DNA of 53,252 nt, taken from Octopus bimaculoides. Taxonomy: Eukaryota. Location of the stretch: NCBI RefSeq assembly GCF_001194135.2, contig NC_068990.1, positions 39,693,684 to 39,746,935 on the forward strand. The letters run 5' to 3'. Under the pieces are notes generated by a model, which was not told where the DNA came from, searched no databases, and saw only the letters and a program-made list of their open reading frames with translations. A program made the translations under genes and the position numbers. This document shows, in pieces, positions 48,724-53,252 of this stretch; position 1 is the stretch's first letter, and every line of letters starts with the position of its first letter.

Positions 48724-49972
48724 CTTCCACATTTCCTGTTTACCCCACTCACCAATTCTCTCTTTCTTTCTCTCTCTCTCTCTCTTTCTCTCTCTTTCTC
48801 TCATCCTTGCTCTGTCTGTATTTCTCTAAATCTATCCATCTATCTATTCTCCCCACCCGCTCTCTCATATTATTTATTTATATATTTACTTTCACATGCA
48901 GAGACAGTCTTCAATAAGATCTGACCGTTTGCAAAAGCGGTCATGAAATAAGCATTCCGTGAGTCAGCAATACATAGTTTACCCTAAAGGGAGACTGTTT
49001 GTCCTATCAACGATGCAAGCAAAGAAATAAGAAATAAAAAAATCAAAAAAAATCTTAAAATGGAGAGGGGAGTCCCAGAGAATCAACATACATAAAACCA
49101 GAACATTCCATGCTTCTGCATTACTTCAAGAATGTAGCCAGACATCATTCAGACCAAAACTTTTATTTTACTTTATTGTTAGTATTATTGTTGTTGTTGT
49201 CATTATTGTTATTGTTGTGGTTGCTGTTATTTTCCCTTTTTTTTTTTTTCATTTTTTATTTTTATTTTAATAATAAATAGAGATTGTTCTAAGGATGACA
49301 TCATGAGTATACAAATGGTGCCAGCCTCTTAAGAATCTGCTCTGAACATAACCTCCCTCTTCTGAATTACAGAACCAATTCTTCATGATAGAGATAAAGA
49401 TGAATAGCACCAGCTTTAATTAGCTAGCTGAAAGCAGCAATATATATATATANNNNNNNNNNNNNNNNNNNNNNNNNNNNNNNNNNNNNNNNNNNNNNNN
49501 NNNNNNNNNNNNNNNNNNNNNNNNNNNNNNNNNNNNNNNNNNNNNNNNNNNNNNNNNNNNNNNNNNNNNNNNNNNNNNNNNNNNNNNNNNNNNNNNNNNN
49601 NNNNNNNNNNNNNNNNNNNNNNNNNNNNNNNNNNNNNNNNNNNNNNNNNNNNNNNNNNNNNNNNNNNNNNNNNNNNNNNNNNNNNNNNNNNNNNNNNNNN
49701 NNNNNNNNNNNNNNNNNNNNNNNNNNNNNNNNNNNNNNNNNNNNNNNNNNNNNNNNNNNNNNNNNNNNNNNNNNNNNNNNNNNNNNNNNNNNNNNNNNNN
49801 NNNNNNNNNNNNNNNNNNNNNNNNNNNNNNNNNNNNNNNNNNNNNNNNNNNNNNNNNNNNNNNNNNNNNNNNNNNNNNNNNNNNNNNNNNNNNNNNNNNN
49901 NNNNNNNNNNNNNNNNNNNNNNNNNNNNNNNNNNNNNNNNNNNNNNNNNNNNNNNNNNNNNNNNNNNNNNNN

Positions 49973-50035
<63 letters not shown>

Positions 50036-50737
50036 CTATGAATATAAGTGTGCGTGTGTATCACACATATAGTGGGAGAAAGTGAGAGGAGAGGAAGAAT
50101 GGTTTGGTTCCCAGACAAAAAAAAAAAAAATTAGGAGACAAAAAGTAAATGACATGATGTGAAGATGTGAAGCAAGGTATTAGACGGGACACAGAAGTAT
50201 TTATTTTTTTCAATGGATCTCTGACATATTTTTCTGAGAAGTCTCTAAGATAATGCATTGATGAAAACAACAAAGAACTATATCAAAGAGCTCAATAGAA
50301 ATGAAATGAATTCATGTTTAGAGCAAGAATATAATAAAACGTAAAGATGGCTAAAAAGAATGGACACCAGAAAATAGAATCACTTTTCAGTGTTGTGTTC
50401 TATACTTTAATGATGTGAAGATAAACAGTAATTTCTATTACAGCTTCCTTTTTTTGCTTATCACTGATGACAGCATCACATCAGTTATTTTACTTCTGTG
50501 ACAGCAAAAAACCTGAACTTGTGTCCAGAAAAAAATATATTTAATATATTTCTATACATTAATTTTAATGTATCACATGATACTATTTTCTTGTGTCTAT
50601 TTGTTTCAGTCTTCAATGCATTTCATTATATGATTGCTCTAGACATGTATTTATTTCATTTTTATTTAGCTCTTAGCTAAAATGCTTTTCAACAAATGAA
50701 TATTTCCTTTATATTTGTATATAGTTCCGTCAAACAC

Positions 50738-51045
50738 CAGGATCTAGTGAAGCAATCCAGAAAAAAGTACTGGCAGGCATGTTGCAAAGCAATAGAAGTG
50801 AATTGCTGGAGTGACTGGTGTAGCCAAAAGAAGGGCCATAAATTCTCTTACTGAAGCTGTAGAAATGACTGCTACAGGCCATTGGATAAAGTGGCGAGAC
50901 AACTGGTTTACTGCAACTGTGAAGCAAGTTACAACTCAATCATCCCCAACCGGGTTAACTGAGTGAGAGGTTATGATGTTGAAAGACCCAAAACCCCCTG
51001 AGAACCAAGAGATATCATTGATAACACATTTTAGAGCATCCATGA
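50738..51045 (+). mobile_element. HERO/R2-superfamily LINE 3' remnant
   Basis: QDLVKQSRKKYWQACCKAIEV / VTGVAKRRAINSLTEAVEMTATGHWIKWRDNW resembles the HERO C-terminus (Y.DLV..C...GW...C.P.EVGCRG...KRRAI...EAAE.AS.WLWIKR.D.W). The UTR contains TATGATGTTGAAAGACCC.AAAC. Confidence 0.62.
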
Positions 51046-51102
51046 AATGCAGCTTGGTACATATGCATTGATTAGAAACTGATTTTTTATGTCAACTATA
51101 TT

Positions 51103-51172
<70 letters not shown>

Positions 51173-51326
51173 CAACACGGTGTACTAAAACTGAATGAAA
51201 CAGGATTTATTTAATGAGATACCCCTTATGCATCAAAGCCAGATGTACAGTATCCCACTCACCAGGAATTGATGCTGGGTGGTTTGAAATGATTGTTGTC
51301 TCTATCATTTGTTATATGTATGCATG

Positions 51327-51370
<44 letters not shown>

Positions 51371-51594
51371 TAAAGAATATGAGGGGTTTAGTTCACTTGT
51401 GACTTAAACGAATAGGTACGCTGGGTAAGTGCTATGGTTGATCGACCATTATTTTTCAAGACCAAAGCTAAGACTGCATTTACAGATCAGTGTTAGGGTT
51501 CTATTATAGCATGTATATATTATATTGGAGGGAAAATCAAAAGCAGGGCAGAATGAGTATCTCAAGTCATTTAGAATAATTCAGCTAGGGTAAG

Positions 51595-51711
51595 GTGGAG
51601 CATTAGCTATTTTTGCTCAATAAACACTCACAACATCCAGTCTGGGAATTGAAACCATGGTCCTATAACCATGAGTCCACTGCCCTAACCACCGGGCCAT
51701 TGCGCCTCCAC
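51595..51711 (-). mobile_element. SINE family C head fragment
   Basis: Reverse complement of 12887-12990. The head abuts (TA)n. Confidence 0.9.
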
Positions 51712-52088
51712 ACATATATATATATATATACGTATATATATACATATGTATATATATATACATATACATATATATATANNNNNNNNNNNNNNNNNNNNNN
51801 NNNNNNNNNNNNNNNNNNNNNNNNNNNNNNNNNNNNNNNNNNNNNNNNNNNNNNNNNNNNNNNNNNNNNNNNNNNNNNNNNNNNNNNNNNNNNNNNNNNN
51901 NNNNNNNNNNNNNNNNNNNNNNNNNNNNNNNNNNNNNNNNNNNNNNNNNNNNNNNNNNNNNNNNNNNNNNNNNNNNNNNNNNNNNNNNNNNNNNNNNNNN
52001 NNNNNNNNNNNNNNNNNNNNNNNNNNNNNNNNNNNNNNNNNNNNNNNNNNNNNNNNNNNNNNNNNNNNNNNNNNNNNNNNNNNNNNNN

Positions 52089-52121
<33 letters not shown>

Positions 52122-52123
<2 letters not shown>

Positions 52124-53057
52124 AGTTGTGATGGGGAAATTGTTGCCATTTTATATTTTTAATTTCGTGCATGCACATTGTTTGTCTTTGATTTTGTTGA
52201 CTACAGAGTATAGTAGAATGAGTTGGGCACCATCTGTGAGATAAGCTGCACCATGGCGCAATTCACTCTGCCAAAAATCTGGAAATGTCATGCTGTGCTG
52301 TTTGGCATTCACACTGGAAGCTCCCATACGGACATTTCAGAGTGTTTGGGTGTCAATCTGAGAACAGTGCACACGCTGAGAGTGATAATAATCATGCATC
52401 CAATCAACATCATGGTATTTGGAGTGACCACTAGTGATGACCACATTATGCCTCCATTTATCTTTCCGCACAGCCTCAGACTCAACACAGAAGCCTACAT
52501 CAAGTGTCTGGAGGATGTAGTGCTGCCCTGGGTCAAGAGGGTGGCAGCTGGAAGACCCTGTGCCTGGCAACCTGGCAACAGGACTCTGCACCATGCCACA
52601 CAAACTGGAGAACCCAATCATGGCTGTCAGAAAATTTCTGCAACGACATCACCTTAACATCTGACCTTAACACTTAACTCCCCAGACTGTAACCCCCTCG
52701 ATTACTGTGTGTGGAATGCAGTTTAGCAAGAGACCAACAAAACTCCTTGTAACACCAAAGATGAACTGAAGGTAAGGATTATGGCAGCATTCACCAACTT
52801 AAACAAGGACACTGTCCAGAAGAATTACAGGAGATTCCAAAGTCATCTGGAGGCCATGATTGAAGCCAATAAATTTATACNNNNNNNNNNGGAGATTCCA
52901 AAGTCATCTGGAGGCCATGATTGAAGCCAATAAATTTATACTTTGGTATTTCAAGATACTTTTATATAATTTTGGTAAATATATTTGTTAAAATGAGATA
53001 TCAGTGTTATTTTTTATTTTTGCATAATTTACACGACAATATATTCACTACACCCTG
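52122..53057 (+). mobile_element. Internally deleted DD37D (maT/Bmmar1-like) mariner element
   Basis: YIKCLEDVVLPWVKRVAAGRP, WQQDSAPCHT..RTQSWLSENF, NSPDCNPLDYCVW and CNTKDELKVRIMAAF. About 37 residues separate the last two Asp. Weak TIRs CAAGTTGTG... / ...CTACACCCTG. Confidence 0.87.
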
Positions 53058-53091
53058 AATATATATCTATCTATCTATCTATATATATATA

Positions 53092-53252
53092 TATGCTGAT
53101 GACCTTGCCCTAATTGCGGAGTCACTATCAGAACTAGAGGAGAAGTTTCAGGTGTGGAAGCAAGGTCTAGAATTGAAGGGCCTTAGAGTCAACCTAGCTA
53201 AAACCAAAATCCTAATAAATAGGAAGGTAGATAAAACACAAACCCCTTCAGG
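53092..53252 (+). mobile_element. RTE-clade LINE reverse-transcriptase fragment (runs off the window)
   Basis: YADDLALIAESLSELEEKFQVWKQGLELKGLRVNLAKTKIL: YADD motif plus the GL..N..KTK motif. Open frame to the window end. Confidence 0.92.

Noticed and set aside
52830-52941. 51-bp exact direct repeat flanking a 10-N gap
   Set aside because: Identical sequence on both sides of a nominal 10-N gap is an unmerged contig overlap, i.e. an assembly artefact.

Overview
AT-rich, microsatellite-dense eukaryotic DNA with ten N-gaps. The repeat landscape is what I recognise from Octopus genomes; this is inferred from the repeat families, not from a database search. I find no intact host protein-coding gene, so the window looks intergenic or deep-intronic. 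Almost all ORFs in the supplied track are artefacts of microsatellites or N-runs. DNA transposons present: a full-length but frameshifted Tc1/mariner element whose reconstructed triad is DD36E (Incomer-like, 7250-8526), an internally deleted DD37D/maT element, a Helitron RepHel fragment, and piggyBac-like, hAT-like and unclassified MITEs. Retroelements present: RTE, CR1-group, R4/Dong-like and HERO-like LINE remnants, two Penelope-like (GIY-YIG) remnants and many tRNA-derived SINEs of at least four families. The most interesting signals are hammerhead-ribozyme-like motifs, including a near-intact U3-A8 core variant in the terminal repeat of a TSD-bounded Penelope-like insertion (24250-25359). 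Also notable are a head-to-tail SINE array joined by (ATT)n tracts, a 7x25-bp palindromic minisatellite, and a young SINE that splits a reconstructable open frame. Family assignments rest on my recall of motifs and need confirmation by HMM or Dfam searches.
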